Shown in pieces: positions 24,101 through 35,600 of a DNA stretch of 64,000 nt. A program made the position numbers and the translations under genes. The stretch comes from Macrostomum lignano (lineage: Eukaryota). Under the pieces are notes generated by a model that did not search any database, was not told the origin of the DNA, and worked only from the letters and a program-made list of their open reading frames with translations. The stretch is from assembly GCA_002269645.1 (NCBI GenBank), contig NIVC01002786.1:3196-67195 (forward strand), in the 5' to 3' direction. Each line of letters opens with the position of its first letter. The stretch's first letter is position 1.

Positions 24101-25249
24101 CCTGAAACAGGTGAGACTCAAACAGGTGGGATACCCCCTACAACAGGTGGGACTCCGGTGTCTCTCATAAACCGAGGCCCATTATGGGTTCAAATTGTGT
24201 CCTTGATCTCGCAAACTCAATAACAAGTAGTATTTTGCTCACCCTTTTCTTCCGGCGTCTCCTCTTCCGGTTCAACCATTTGCTGGGCCATGGAGGCCTT
24301 CTTGTCCTCCTTGGCCTTCCGGTTGGTTGGCGCCTGAGTTTGCTGCTCGTTCTGAAACAACATTTCAAGCGAAACTGTAACTGAATAAATTTCACTTTCA
24401 TAAAACGGCCCTTTTCGGGTCTCAGTTACTTTACACTTTTCTATGGCCGCAACCGGCTTCGACCAGGCTTATTGGCTCCGGCTTCGCCTTGTATATACTC
24501 GTATATTTTTACGTCGTAATGCGCCCTGTGTACGGTAGAAAGTAGCTACTGGTTTGGCCATAGACATCCCAAGGACCACTCAAGTAGAAGGACGAGACAC
24601 TACGTTTCTTGGAAAATTATAGACTGCAAGCTTTACCAAAAAATACATTACGGAGATAGGAGGTTCTCATTTTTCAGCACAAAATTTGTTATGGCAATTC
24701 CCGTCCTTCATTCTACTTGAGTTGTTCTTGAGACATTCTTGTCTATTTAGAGCCAAGTTAAGGGAAACACAATAACACAAATCGAGTATTCCGTGTACAG
24801 CATCGCGACATCACCCCACAACCAGCGCTGAGGCCATTTTGCCCATTCCGCTGGCTCCTGAGCACATGCAAGCGCCAATACTGTACGCATGGTGTACATG
24901 GTGTACAGAGGTCTTGACTTCCTTATCGTCAGTCGTGTACACTCAGACGGGCATCAGTTCAGCCAGCAAAACTTCAACACTGCTAACCTGAATAGGCGAA
25001 GAAGGCCTCTTGGGTCGCAAGAACACGGGTGGCGGCCGGTACATTTTCATTTCTTTGCACAGCTCAACGAAGTCTGACTGGAAGTTTCCAGTTGGCTGGT
25101 AGGACTCTGAATGATGGGTGAATGAGTTGCAGCTTTTGATTTTATAGCTTCAGGACTGGTATTAAAGAACTCACTTTCTGCAACTCACCGTTCACCTTGT
25201 CCTCCTGTTCTTCACTTCGGGCCGACTTGTCGCTCTTCTTGCGGCCCAT
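12188..25249 (-). CDS. LRRC71: Leucine-rich repeat-containing protein 71-like, 14 coding exons
   Basis: Exons (minus): 25249-25189, 25106-24988, 24351-24243, 22954-22744, 21792-21646, 20452-20293 (one G missing in a G run near 20310), 19724-19551, 18542-18501, 17353-17243, 16884-16812, 16476-16340, 15932-15818, 14496-14381, 12298-12188. All are GT-AG with consistent phases apart from that indel. Peptides recall LRRC71: YQPTGNFQSDFVELC, LRTNRTLIHLSLSNNRVSDRGA, FYLTHEETVERRRLL, HPLLERV...LLVPGNHVLTLLNLSRNLITDKG, GNPF...YRILQQAM..RDP. Identification is from remembered homology, not a search. Confidence 0.85.
12511..12642. repeat. Left copy of a 132-bp direct duplication (right copy 14044-14175)
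   Basis: GCCCCACCGCCCATG...CGCCTGCAAGCT reads identical base by base at both sides of the LINE. Confidence 0.95.
12643..14043 (+). mobile_element. 5'-truncated non-LTR retrotransposon (RNase H-encoding, LOA/I/R1-like group) in the last LRRC71 intron, antisense to the host gene
   Basis: The open frame starts at the 5' junction with an RT-thumb motif (RAQGRACRTIMSAPPSAPYDGLNAFLNIPPL), followed by RNase H and a C-terminal CCHC. GC-rich 3' UTR and (AAGTC)n tail at 14016-14043. Flanked by an exact 132-bp direct repeat. Confidence 0.92.
12712..13920 (+). CDS. C-terminal part of LINE ORF2: RT thumb/connection, RNase H, Cys/His knuckle
   Basis: RNase H motifs CYTDGS, VFQNEVLAI, IHSDSQAAL, WIPGHAGFPGNELADTLAK; knuckle CPFCECDNEDAQHFVCHC. 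No stops, but the N-terminus is truncated, so it is probably not expressed. Confidence 0.9.
   Translation: MSAPPSAPYDGLNAFLNIPPLDIFVRREAAKTARRLADAGIRIQPHRAMAKRKLLPHADLCLKDLRDSGGLHVLSDGEPRTLNLFQRYKVTIPSRDAANDHWNFQEVHCYTDGSIKDGRAGFGVCIIINGRVIATHAQHTGRLSTVFQNEVLAISSCAAELNAKVTRGKTIVIHSDSQAALQALCHTTTNSRTVADCARQLNLLARSNTVRLKWIPGHAGFPGNELADTLAKRGGSGSFFGPAPLVPMPLTVINRQIDDWADSLHRDRWAGTQNCRQSRAAVPCPSHRLRNILLNQNRKDIRALVMTLTGHGYLARHCFLRGDLESEICPFCECDNEDAQHFVCHCPFFNRDRLRYLGPNPSIDEVCQPDSIPRLIQFLRATRRASFFPTEDHAAGRTGGPP
15008..15541. mobile_element. Small element bounded by 36-bp inverted repeats with a decayed helix-turn-helix-like frame
   Basis: 15008-15043 is the reverse complement of 15506-15541 with 2 mismatches. 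The minus-strand peptide VIEALDRGEHPKYIARLLNVKENMVCSI resembles transposase N-terminal HTHs. Confidence 0.4.
16161..16222 (-). pseudogene. Degenerate tRNA-like sequence or tRNA-derived SINE head
   Basis: Minus strand GGCTGGA TAGCTCAGCGG...GAGTTCGATTCCCTG TGCAGCC has A and B boxes and an acceptor-like stem, but the anticodon arm is shortened and the T-stem is broken. Confidence 0.5.
18030..18200. repeat. Dispersed repeat family (other copies ~14044-14260, 12511-12642 and ~23515-23700)
   Basis: Shared core CAATTTT(T)ATTGCC...TACATTTCAGTG...GCTAATGTACATTA...GCTGAA...AATTAG...TTACG.CT.CAAGC. Confidence 0.8.
18800..19098. repeat. Intronic minisatellite, 25-bp unit (GTAGCTTATTGGACCCTGGATGAGG)
   Basis: Period 25 (18961, 18986). 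Confidence 0.9.
19848..20220. repeat. Intronic minisatellite, 21-bp unit (AGGGAGGGTTGTACTGTTCAC)
   Basis: 7-aa periodic ORFs (HREGCTV). Confidence 0.95.
20570..20770. repeat. Intronic minisatellite, 21-bp unit (AGGGAGGTTTGCAATGATCAC)
   Basis: 7-aa periodic ORFs (MITGRFA). Confidence 0.95.
20775..21625. repeat. Intronic minisatellite, 21-22-bp unit (AATCTGCAATCAGAAATCCCA grading to AATATGCAATCAGAAATCTCA)
   Basis: 7-aa periodic ORFs (MQSEISN). The unit sequence drifts along the array. Confidence 0.95.
21841..22720. repeat. Intronic minisatellite, 25-bp unit (GAGTGGCACAGGTCAGACCCCTGCA)
   Basis: About 35 near-identical units. Confidence 0.97.
24560..24746. mobile_element. Short palindromic MITE-like element with ATAGAC...GTCTAT ends
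   Basis: CAAGGACCACTCAAGTAGAAGGACG pairs imperfectly with CGTCCTTCATTCTACTTGAGTTGTTCTTG. Related CCATAGAC/GTCTATGG ends occur at 14841-14938. Confidence 0.45.
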
Positions 25250-28064
25250 TTTTAGTTTTTTAGCGACCCTGTAAATTGTTTACAGCATTGTTAATTATTT
25301 TATGCAACACTCTCAGTCAAACAAAAATGCATAACCATCCATAGATAAATTTGTGAATCTATCCAAGGCAGCCAAGATGCTACCCATTTTTGTCATATGG
25401 ATAATAGTACTTTAAGTAAAAAAATCTTAAGCCAAAAAGTCAGTAATATATATAAATGAAACCAATCAGCATACTAATTCCATCACTACAATTTAGTATT
25501 ATTAATTGAAACTAATTTTTAATTCACGAAATTTCTGCCATTTTTGATTCAAGTAATGTAAGTAATTTTGGTGATTTAGGCATATTATGATTCAATTAAG
25601 ATCAAAGTGACAATGAGACTTTATTGTGCAGCAAAATACGAAATATACTCTATGAAATAGGCTTACACTTTACACACTTAAACTTGCATACAATTTATCT
25701 CTTAGTCTTCGCTATCTGTATGAAACGTATGAAATATCGCATTAAAAATTCTTGTGTCTAAGTTAATATTAGATATATAAAATCTTAAGTTTTCAATAGT
25801 CTACTCTATATTCGTGCCGTGGCCGTGATAGTATAAGTCATTACGTTTGTTTCCAGTATTGGTTTCACGTTAATCCTATTCAAGAAAAGCTGAAGCAGGT
25901 AGCAAAAATACTACTTCATTTTAAACGAAACAATAAAAATTCTAGGATTTGAAGTCATATTAAAACTACAGCCTAAAGGGCCCAACAACACGTTATTCTA
26001 CTGCTCATAAGCGACCGACAATGGACTGAATTTAAATAATATACAGCCAAATACAGGGAACAGGTATGCCTTTTTTGCTCTTCTCAATATAAACCGTTAA
26101 GTTGACCCAATATAAATATGAAGTACAACTCTTTAGCAAAGCAAATCTACAGATCTTTAGTAGAATAGGGCTAGATTAAGATTAAGACGCTAATAGTTAA
26201 TAAATATTAAATTACGTACATCAAGTCCTTCGTAGAAAAAACGCACAGATCGGTTGCTTTTAAAAGAAGAAAATGTAAACTTTACCTTAGCAATGTTTTA
26301 AACAAACAATTACTAAATTATGTAACTAAATATCTCTATTATCGCGTTAAACTCTGTATAACTTGTAAATTAAAACTTAAAACTTGAATCTTGGTTATAA
26401 CACCCAGAGTTTCTTTTTTATTGCTCGTTTAAAAATTTAAAATTTGTTTTAGGAAATCCATGGGTCTGGTTTCGATATTAAAATACAATTTGATAAAATT
26501 CTCTTTTATCCTATGCTGGATTTTCTAGGAATAATCAAAGCCTTTTATTCTTAGAAGTTGGAGTTGGATGAAAGGAAAACAACAAGTGTTGAATTACCAA
26601 CTATTTTTCCAGTGTTTCAGTGTACACGTAGTGCAATTAAGACGAAGAGGGGAGGCCCCTTGCGCGCAAGCGCTCGCAGAACAGGCGGGAGGGGCAGGCA
26701 CTAGCAGCCTGGATGGATCAGCTCAAGCGCCTGCAAGTCATGCAGGGGCAGAGCTGGGATCAAACAGCTGCCTCCCTGGGCTTGAGGGGATCGTACGTTG
26801 GGAGGCACTTATACCTCCGTTGAAATTTGATATCATTGCTTTATCTGAAAGGGGAAACCATCCAGGGGAAGTCAGGGTGCACGAGATCATATGTCCGCAG
26901 TGATAATAAAGAATTAAATGGTCAAACATGTATATGTATAATAAAATGTACATGCATATGTTATGTTATTTCATGCATACGAGGAGGCACTGCAAAAGTT
27001 TTCACCCATATTACTATACATTTATATACATGTAAAAGCCTGTCATCAGCTTTCTCAGACTCTGCGGCCGTCTTTTGCAACTGTAACCGCGTGTGCTGCA
27101 TGGTTCCAGCTCTGTCAAAAACCCTTGGTATAAAATGACGTACCGGAAATTTTGGTTTGGCGTTACTATAGAAGCATATTACATGTATTTTTGTATACTC
27201 TTTTCTGGCGACAATAATAAGCCGGGGCAAAGCGTCAATGAAAAGACACAAGCCATATTGTGCAACAATATAGCAATGCATGGCTGCGGGGGGGCATTAA
27301 AGATCCCCATGACCAAAAGGAGGCCCAATTGTGTAAATTTGCCAAACTAAATGGAGACAATAAGTGTGCGTGCCGTTTATTGTGATCTTGCGTAGCTCTG
27401 CGCATACAATGGCTAAGAATGCATGCACTGAATGTACGTGCTTAATTGCAGTCTGTAATGTTTACTTCTCTCAATTGATGAGGACGCACTTTTTCCCAAA
27501 TCCCGCGCTAGCACATGGGCTCTAAACTTACTTGCCTACTAACAGTGGGCAGTGGGCATTTTTATCCTTTTTCTGCGAATTTTCATAGAATCTATACTAG
27601 ATATAATGTCTGGCCATACTAGTAGTCATAATAACATAGGCGCAGCTTTTTGGGTCATAAATCATCGCTTTCGAAGCTGATCTGACAGCCACCTGCGCCT
27701 CACTCAGTGTTGAAGCGGGCGCCAGATGGTCTGAGAGGATGCGGGCGGTAGCTTTTTTCTCATCATTTTGACAGGCCATCAAGATTTATGAGGTCAGAGC
27801 CTATTGTTCGGATTCACTCAAGCGTGTGACAGCTTTGACAGCTATGCGTTTTACCCCTAAAAGTACCTTGGGATTAGCGATTAGCGATTTCTCTTCATTA
27901 TCTTCACTTTCTATTTAATAAGAGCTTTCTAATGTATATTTTTTCATTAATTTCTGTCAATCCTACGCGAAAAGTCATAAATCATTTTGTTGCGATTTTG
28001 AGTGATTTATGGCCGCACCTGTCATCTTTTTACGACCCTGTGGGAACTGATAGGATCTCTCGGT

Positions 28065-28195
28065 CACGTGATTCTGGGTGGCAACGAGCTTAGCCAATCA
28101 GAAAATTCGGCGCTCACTTTAACAAAACGGCTCGGCCAATCAGAATCGACGTGTTCCGTTATAACAAACTGCGGTCCAGTTGGCGGCTATTTAAA
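28065..28195 (+). promoter_or_regulatory. Pol II promoter-like module: E-box, two CCAAT boxes, TATA
   Basis: CACGTG 28065, GCCAATCAGAA with CCAAT at 28094 and 28136 (42 bp apart), TATTTAAA 28188, then a pyrimidine-rich leader. Confidence 0.5.
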
Positions 28196-29899
28196 CCGGA
28201 GTTTTTGGCCCGCTCGGACTCAACTTCTTCTTACTTTGGCTCGGGCCCAGCGCGCAACTTCTGGTTCCCGGAGCACGACCGTCGTTTCTTGATCCCCGGA
28301 TTGCAACTTCCCCCATCATCATCAAGGACGAGTCCCCCGGTCGACAGCAGCGAACATCCAGTTAAGAGCATCACCTGCTAGCTAACAGCGAAGATTGTGA
28401 CAGCATCATCCCGAGTCTACAGCTGCAGAGCATCGAGCCGATTCGGTCACTGTGGAATACCTGGTCTCCTGCTGTTGAGTTTCTGATTGGTTGGGTGAGA
28501 GGCTACCTAGACTTGCTTGATTGGGTGATCCCTTTTCTGTCCCCTGTTGCAGTAGCTGAATTAGGCGCACACTTTTGCTCATTTTGTTCAGTAGTGCTGT
28601 TGCTGAGGCAGAAATCATTCAATAATACTGCTAGTAGTCTAAGACTCCAATTCGATCTGAAGTGTGAAGAGAACTAAGGAGAAGGTTAAATCTAACAGTT
28701 ATCTTTGTCGGCTTTATTTCTTTGTTCGCCGATGGCTCAGATGAGTAGCTAAGCTAGTAGGCGCCGGTCACAGTGGACCAATGGCAAGGCAGTTCTCAGT
28801 CGACCAATCTAACAAATCAGTGAGCAAAACTGCCAAAAGTGCAGAATCGGCGCCAGAGATGTACTTTGTGCACTCTAGGGTAGCCAAGCGGCTCGGGTAA
28901 ATGAATCATGCGGTCTCTGAAGTTCGAGTTAGCCTATCATCAGCGCTATGAGAGGCTAGTTGGCGCGTTGAAGGCCAAAAGTACATATCTTCGTATTTAG
29001 CAATGTAATAGTACATGCAGCTACCCCATAGACTCGCCACCGCAAGAATCCCCTGCACAAGTCCCCTCTGTACCTGCATGGCCAACGCGATCTAGTCCCA
29101 GCAGTGTCCCTTATCATCGGCTATGACTTCGAGATTGACAGCAAAAAGACACTAGTTGGCAGGTAAGTGCAAAGCCCCTTCTAGTCGGAAGCCCGATTTC
29201 GAGAGTCCCGGTGTGGTGAGCCAGGGCGCACGGGCTGGTGGCAGCAAGTTAGTTGATCTGCGGATTAGCTAATTTCTACTTTCAAAATTCTCCCTGCTCG
29301 TCTCTCGCTGTCCCTCTCTTAGCTACGATAGGAGTCTATAGGACCTAGACTGCTCGCCACACGATCAAGCTACCATGGGGCTGACCATCTGACAGGAGTG
29401 GGGGGCCAGGTCTCTAATTGATTTATTTCTGAGCCTGAGGCTGGAAGGCTTCCCTAACAAGGAGCCCGAAGGTCGAAACCCATCACAATTCAGAGTAAAC
29501 TTTTTTCAGAAAAGTTCATCTTTTTTCCGGGGACTTTGCAGAGAAAAAAGGCAATTGTGTAGAAAAGCAAGATTCTGTACTACTACATCTGTATGGCTTC
29601 TGTTTGGGCCTTCTAATTAGATTAAAACCGATACTTTGTTTAAGCTAGTTTGAGTACATTCAGCATCCTTACTCTCATCACCTCTTCTCACTCCTCCATC
29701 TCTCCCTGTAGCTGCCGCTATATAGAGTGCCTGAGAAAGTGAAGAGTCTGTAGCTGCAGTGTCTTCCATCTCTGCAGAGTGCCCGCAGCTTCTGCCTGAC
29801 ATGATGAAACTAATGAAACTTATGAAACTAATAGAAAATTAAGGCTATTACAACCCTTAATAATCAACATTCTCACTTTTCTATACACTGTATCTCGGC

Positions 29900-30245
29900 T
29901 CCCTTATCTCTACTCTCCTTTACATATTTCATCGCCTATCTCATTCCCCTTATCTCTACTCTCCTTTACATATTTCATCGCCTATCTCATTCCCCTTATC
30001 TCTACTCTCATTTACTTACATATTTCATCTCCTATCTCATTCCTCTTATCTCTACTCTCCTTTACATATTTCATCTCCAATCTCATTCCCCTTATCTCTA
30101 CTCTTCTTTACATATTTCATCTCCTATCTCATTCCCTTTATCTCTACTCTCCTTTACATATTTCATCTCCTATCTCATTCCCTTTATCTCTACTCTCCTT
30201 TACATATTTCATCTCCTATCTCATTCCTCTAATCTCTACTCTCAT
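29900..30245. repeat. Pyrimidine-rich tandem repeat, ~46-bp unit
   Basis: CCCTTATCTCTACTCTCC at 29901, 29947 and onward. Confidence 0.9.
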
Positions 30246-30759
30246 CTTCATTTCTCTTCTCCATTTCTCAGCTCACTTATATCTATTCTCAGTTCCATCT
30301 CTCTTCTCCATATTACGACTCCCTTATCTCTATTCTCATTTTCTCATTCACTCCCAATCTCTTCCTGTTGAACTCCACTTTGTCTCTCTACAACCTCCAT
30401 GTCAATGTTCCTAATACGCAGCTACCTGTGTAGTCCTGCATTCTGTATTCAATTTCTATTGTCCTTCTCAGCCTCGTTTATTCATAGCTGCAAACGGCGG
30501 AACTGAGCCTTCGCGTGTGCAAAAAATGTGAAGCTGCAAAGAGAGCATATTCAACTGTCGGAACCATATGCTCAGGAAAAATGTATTCTCTTTGTCTGAT
30601 TTTGTAGGCCAAAAGATAATACAATCTGACATGAGTCTGAGCCCCCCATTGTGATTCAGTCTCAAAGCAAATAGTCTTCTCAATGGTTTCGACATTTGCT
30701 CAAAATTTCAACATATAGAAATACTTTTATAATATATACAATACTGCAATGGCACAGGT

Positions 30760-31345
30760 GAGAGCAGCTACACTGGTGTGTGAGCAGCTACACTGGTGTG
30801 TGAGCAGCTACACTGGTGTGTGAGCAGCTACACTGGTGTGTGAGCAGCTACACTGGTGTGTGAGCAGCTACATTGGTGTGTGAGCAGCTACACTGCTGTG
30901 TGAGCAGCTACACTGGTGTGTGAGCAGCTACACTGGTGTGTGAGCAGCTACAGTGGTGTGTGAGCAGCTACACTGCTGTGTGAGCAGCTACACTGGTGTG
31001 TGAGCAGCTACAGTGGTGTGTGAGCAGCTACACTGCTGTGTGAGCAGCTACAGTGGTGTGTGAGCAGCTACAGTGGTGTGTGAGCAGCTACATTGGTGTG
31101 TGAGCAGCTACATTGGTGTGTGAGCAGCTACACTGCTGTGTGAGCAGCTACACTGCTGTGTGAGCAGCTACACTGGTGTGTGAGCAGCTACACTGGTGTG
31201 TGAGCAGCTACATTGGGGGGTGTGTGAGCAGCTACACTGCTGTGTGAGCAGCTACACTGCTGTGTGAGCAGCTACACTGGTGTGTGAGCAGCTACACTGC
31301 TGTGTGAGCAGCTACACTGGTGTGTGAGCAGCTACACTGGTGTGT
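30760..31345. repeat. Minisatellite, 20-bp unit (GAGCAGCTACACTGGTGTGT)
   Basis: Exact period 20 over about 29 units. Confidence 0.97.
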
Positions 31346-31929
31346 GAGCAGCACATTGGTATTTGAGCAGCTACGGAGCGTAAAAAAACAGCATAGCAAC
31401 AAGAAATGGAAATGGCACAGGTGCATTGCACAGTGTTCGCAAAAAGACCGGCACTCACTGAGTGGCCTGCTGGATCTGCCGCATGGTCAGCGAAGTGCTC
31501 GGAGTGGGTGACGGCGTCGATGTCGACATGATTGCAGCTTTTTACAAAACAAACAACAAAAGAATTGTTTCCTATAGTAAAAGCATGCAGCAGGCGGGTA
31601 ACGAAAAGAGCTGGGAGAGAAATTTCCAAATTTAAATTTGCTTCGGCATAAAACGAGACAAGACAATGCAGATGGACCGGTTGCCATGGGCCAGATCATG
31701 GGCGAGGAATGAGCGGCTGCATTTTTACTTGATTATTGAGCCGGCTGCATCAATTCCGCCCACATGTCCGCACTTGTTTCTGCACGCCTGCTGCAGTTTT
31801 CTATGAAAGGAATTGGACAGCCAATCATGACTCAGCTCTTCTACTCTGCTGATCGTTTAGCAGTTCTAGCTTGGAATCTAGAGTGGAACAACCATTGTGT
31901 TCTAGTGAGCGCGGCGGCGCACGCAGAGG

Positions 31930-32642
31930 GACGCCTACCAAGAGACAGTGGCGCCTACCAAGAGACAGTGGCGCCTACCAAGAGACAGTGGCGCCTACCA
32001 AGAGACAGGGGCGCCCACCAAGAGACAGTGGCGCCTACCAAGAGACAGGGGCGCCCACCAAGAGACAGGGGCGTCCACCAAGAGACAGGGGCGTCCACCA
32101 AGAGACAGGGCGCCATCAAGAGACAGGGGCGCCCACCAAGAGACAGGGGCGCCTACCAAGAGACAGGGGGGCGCCCACCAAGAGACAGGGGCGCCCACCA
32201 AGAGACAGGGGCGCCCACCAAGAGACGGGGGCGCCTACCAAGAGACAGGGGCACCCACCAAGAGACAGGGGCACCCACCAAGAGACGGGGGCGCCCACCA
32301 AGAGACAGTGGCGTCCACCAAGAGACAGGGGCGCCCACCAAGAGACAGGAGCGCCCACCAAGAGACAGGAGCGCCCACCAAGAGACGGGGCGCCCACCAA
32401 GAGACAGGAGCGCCTACCAAGAGACAGTGGCGCCTACCAAGAGACAGTGGCGCCTACCAAGAGACGGAGGCGCCCACCAAGAGACAGGGGCGCCCACCAA
32501 GAGACGGGGGCGCCTACCAAGAGACAGGGGCACCCACCAAGAGACGGGGGCGCCCACCAAATAGACAGGGGCGTCCACCAAATAGACAGGGGCGCCCATC
32601 AAGAGACAGGGGCGCCCATCAAGAGACAGGGGCGCCCACCAA
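31930..32642. repeat. Minisatellite, 21-bp unit (CCAAGAGACAGGGGCGCCCA-type)
   Basis: All three plus frames are open only because of the repeat. Confidence 0.95.
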
Positions 32643-35600
32643 GAAATCAGATATTGGTGCCTCAGTTAGAGTTTCGCATCCAGGTTACTTCAATTAAAAT
32701 TCTTGCGCACGTCACTTACTAAAAAGTACGTAACACATTACGATCTTTAAACTCAGTTTTTCGTTCGCAGCTATACATGCGTGTACATGTACACGTGACC
32801 CAGATATAAAGAAAATATGCTGACCGAACTTCTTGCAACCGGTGTCAAAAGATTGCTTGTTTTCTGGCAATGGTAATGCGTGGTTTTGGCTAAAAAATTC
32901 AGAGATCGAAGTGGGTAAAAAATCCCAAATATTTTATAACTAAAAGCATCAGCATCAGTTCAAGTGCTTGGAAAGTCTGTCATTGTGGGGGACAGAATAC
33001 TCTAATAAAGTTATTCCAAAACATGCACTGTACATTTGCTATGTACATTAAGCCCTATCACCTGATCCTTGCTCTGGGGGAATGAGCTGGATGAGTCCGA
33101 TGAGAGGCACAACAGAAAAAGCAGACAAACTTCACTTGCCTACAGTTTCTGTCCTAATTGAGGTACAAAGTTGAGACTACATGTATATTTAGCTAGATAA
33201 TGAGTCAATGAAGAATTGTATCAAGTTTGAAGTCAATCGCTGTACGTGGAGCAAACTTAATGCCAGCTGCATGAAAGTTAGTTAATTTTAAACGGCCTTT
33301 CACACACATCTGTCCAGTGGCCAGGAAGGAGAGAGAGGCGGAGGTTGGGGTGGCTGTCTCGCTGACGAAAAGCAGACTAACTTTAAAAGTACACAGTGCC
33401 GTTCAGAATTAACTTCGAGACTCAAACTTTATACGATTGTGCCAAAATAGTTGAAAATTGATTGTGTCCAATTTGAAGAGGATTGGTAAAAGTGGAGCGA
33501 TGCTATAGAGGATTTAGTGAAATTCTTGCGAAACTGGACAAGCCAATTGTCTCTATAGCTATAACTACAACTGCCTGAGTTCGGCTAGCCAAATTGCTGC
33601 TTGCCGGTTTTGGTGGATTCTCGATAGCAGATTTCGGCTAGCTAAATCCTCGCTAGCAAAATTCCTGCTAGCAAGCTTCGGCTGGCAAACTTCAGCTAGC
33701 AAATTTCGGCTAGCAAACTTCGGCCAGCAGATTACCTGCTAGCAAATGTCATAGACCCCAATTCTTCTTTTCTAACTTTTTATTATTTTTTTTATTATTT
33801 TTAATTATTATCCTTATTGTTATCAACATCATCATTAAATGCGCACGCCGATGGTTCCAATTCGCCCAGAGTAGCTAAATTGGCGGCAACGTAACGCGCC
33901 TCCTCGCTGCATCGATGCCCGGACCCCCTGCAGCTACCTGAAATTCATTCCTGTACCTGAGTCAAGTAAAAGCAGGGTTGCTGATTTTTATATGTGACAT
34001 TTTACCAAATATTTTACACAAAAAATGAATGCAAGAAACTGCATTGTGAATAAACACTTCAGACGTAACAGGAAGTTAAAATCTTATTCTCACAACAGAG
34101 TTCAAGATTTAATTTTTGGATACCAAGATGAACCCTAATCAGGGCATTTTTATTTAACTCTTCTATTCCCTCTCCTTTCCCCTCTCATCTGACCCGCAGC
34201 CATGAGCTAAATTCTTTATCTAGCTGAAGCTGGTCTATGATCATGAGGTAAAAAGTCTGCTAATTAACTCCTGAGTCCTGACATTCAGCCAATTTTCTTA
34301 GAATAGCTTAAATTAAAGAGTTTTATGTAAAGTTTTTAAAAATAAAAAAGGCACTTTTAATGAAACTATGAGTAGGTAATTGAATCTGTAGCGAAAAGTA
34401 AAAACAATAGTTTTTTGTATATAGGTTTGTTTTATTGCATAAATATAGGTTGATTAAAGAAATATTTAGGCAATTGTTTGTACAAAAAAGATAATTTGAT
34501 CAGAGCCGACGCCGGCGGTCTTAGCGCCGGTGGGCCGCAGCGGATACACAACTAGGGCCTTGGTCGAAGCCTGCGGCAGTGCCGCCTATTGTATACTACT
34601 GTACTGTACTGTTTTTAGTCATTAAAACTTTACATTATTATAGAGCTAGGTTAATTAATGATGTAGGGCCTAATAACAATGCCAATTGACAATGTGGCAT
34701 AGGCCTAGGCCCTAAGTCTAAACTCTGAATTATTTTTTTGTATGTATAACAGTATTGTCAATAAAAAAGACCTACCATCCATTATATAGTGGAGAGGAGA
34801 TCCTCCAAAGGAGTAGTAACTAAGGATAAGGTATATGTTATTCAAATTTAAAGTAAAATAAAAACCTTATTTAATGCCATTTTATATCAAACTTTCTTTT
34901 TTATTATAGATCCTAATCTAGTCTAGACAGATTTAGCATTAGTAGGGACTTCAGTAAGGGTCTCATGATTTGCTAGTATTATAGAAAGCAAATTTAGTGA
35001 AAACTCAAACTAGCCCTAAGTAGATTTTTGCAATAAAAAACTTTAGAATAAAATTATATAAAATTGTAGGCAAGAATATACTAAAAAGAGGAGAAAAATG
35101 TGGCAGTCTTGCAAATTCTTTTGTGTAATTAAGTCAATCTAATGTGCCAATAATCATTTGTAAAAGTTTAAATAAACTTAAAATAATTAGGCCTATGTAA
35201 AACAAACTGCAAGATTGCCAAAATGTTTTGTCTTAAAAGGAAAAACTTTTAAAAGTAGGCCTAGGCCTATTTTTCTGGCTTTTATTGCAGTAATAGTAGG
35301 CCTAAACTATATTATATTTTTATTGAAATGGCTCTAAAAAAGTTTAGCTACTGTCCTTATCTGTAACTGCACTACTTTCTTTAGGCCTTATGTATGTTAT
35401 AAGATAATACAAACAAGATTGAAACAGTTTAAGGGTTGATAAATTTTAAGCTAGCTTTATAACCTTTACTCTTTCATTGATCATCTATTAGACTAGTTGG
35501 TAAATGATAATATTTGATCAATTTCACAATTAAATTGCAAGCCTACCACAAGAATTACAAAAGATCATAAAAATTCATAAAATTAACCAGATAGTTCTAA

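Noticed and set aside
26568-27800. GC-richer patches with short ORFs (possible decayed retroelement)
   Set aside because: No diagnostic motif beyond a weak SDH; insufficient support.
31764-32722. Long repetitive ORFs over minisatellites (also 20928-21809, 41921-43989, 55429-56221)
   Set aside because: Several frames and both strands are open at once, which is a by-product of stop-free repeat units.
33080-33120. Hammerhead-like CTGGATGAGTCCG
   Set aside because: Lacks an exact CTGANGA core, a paired stem II and a correctly placed GAAA.
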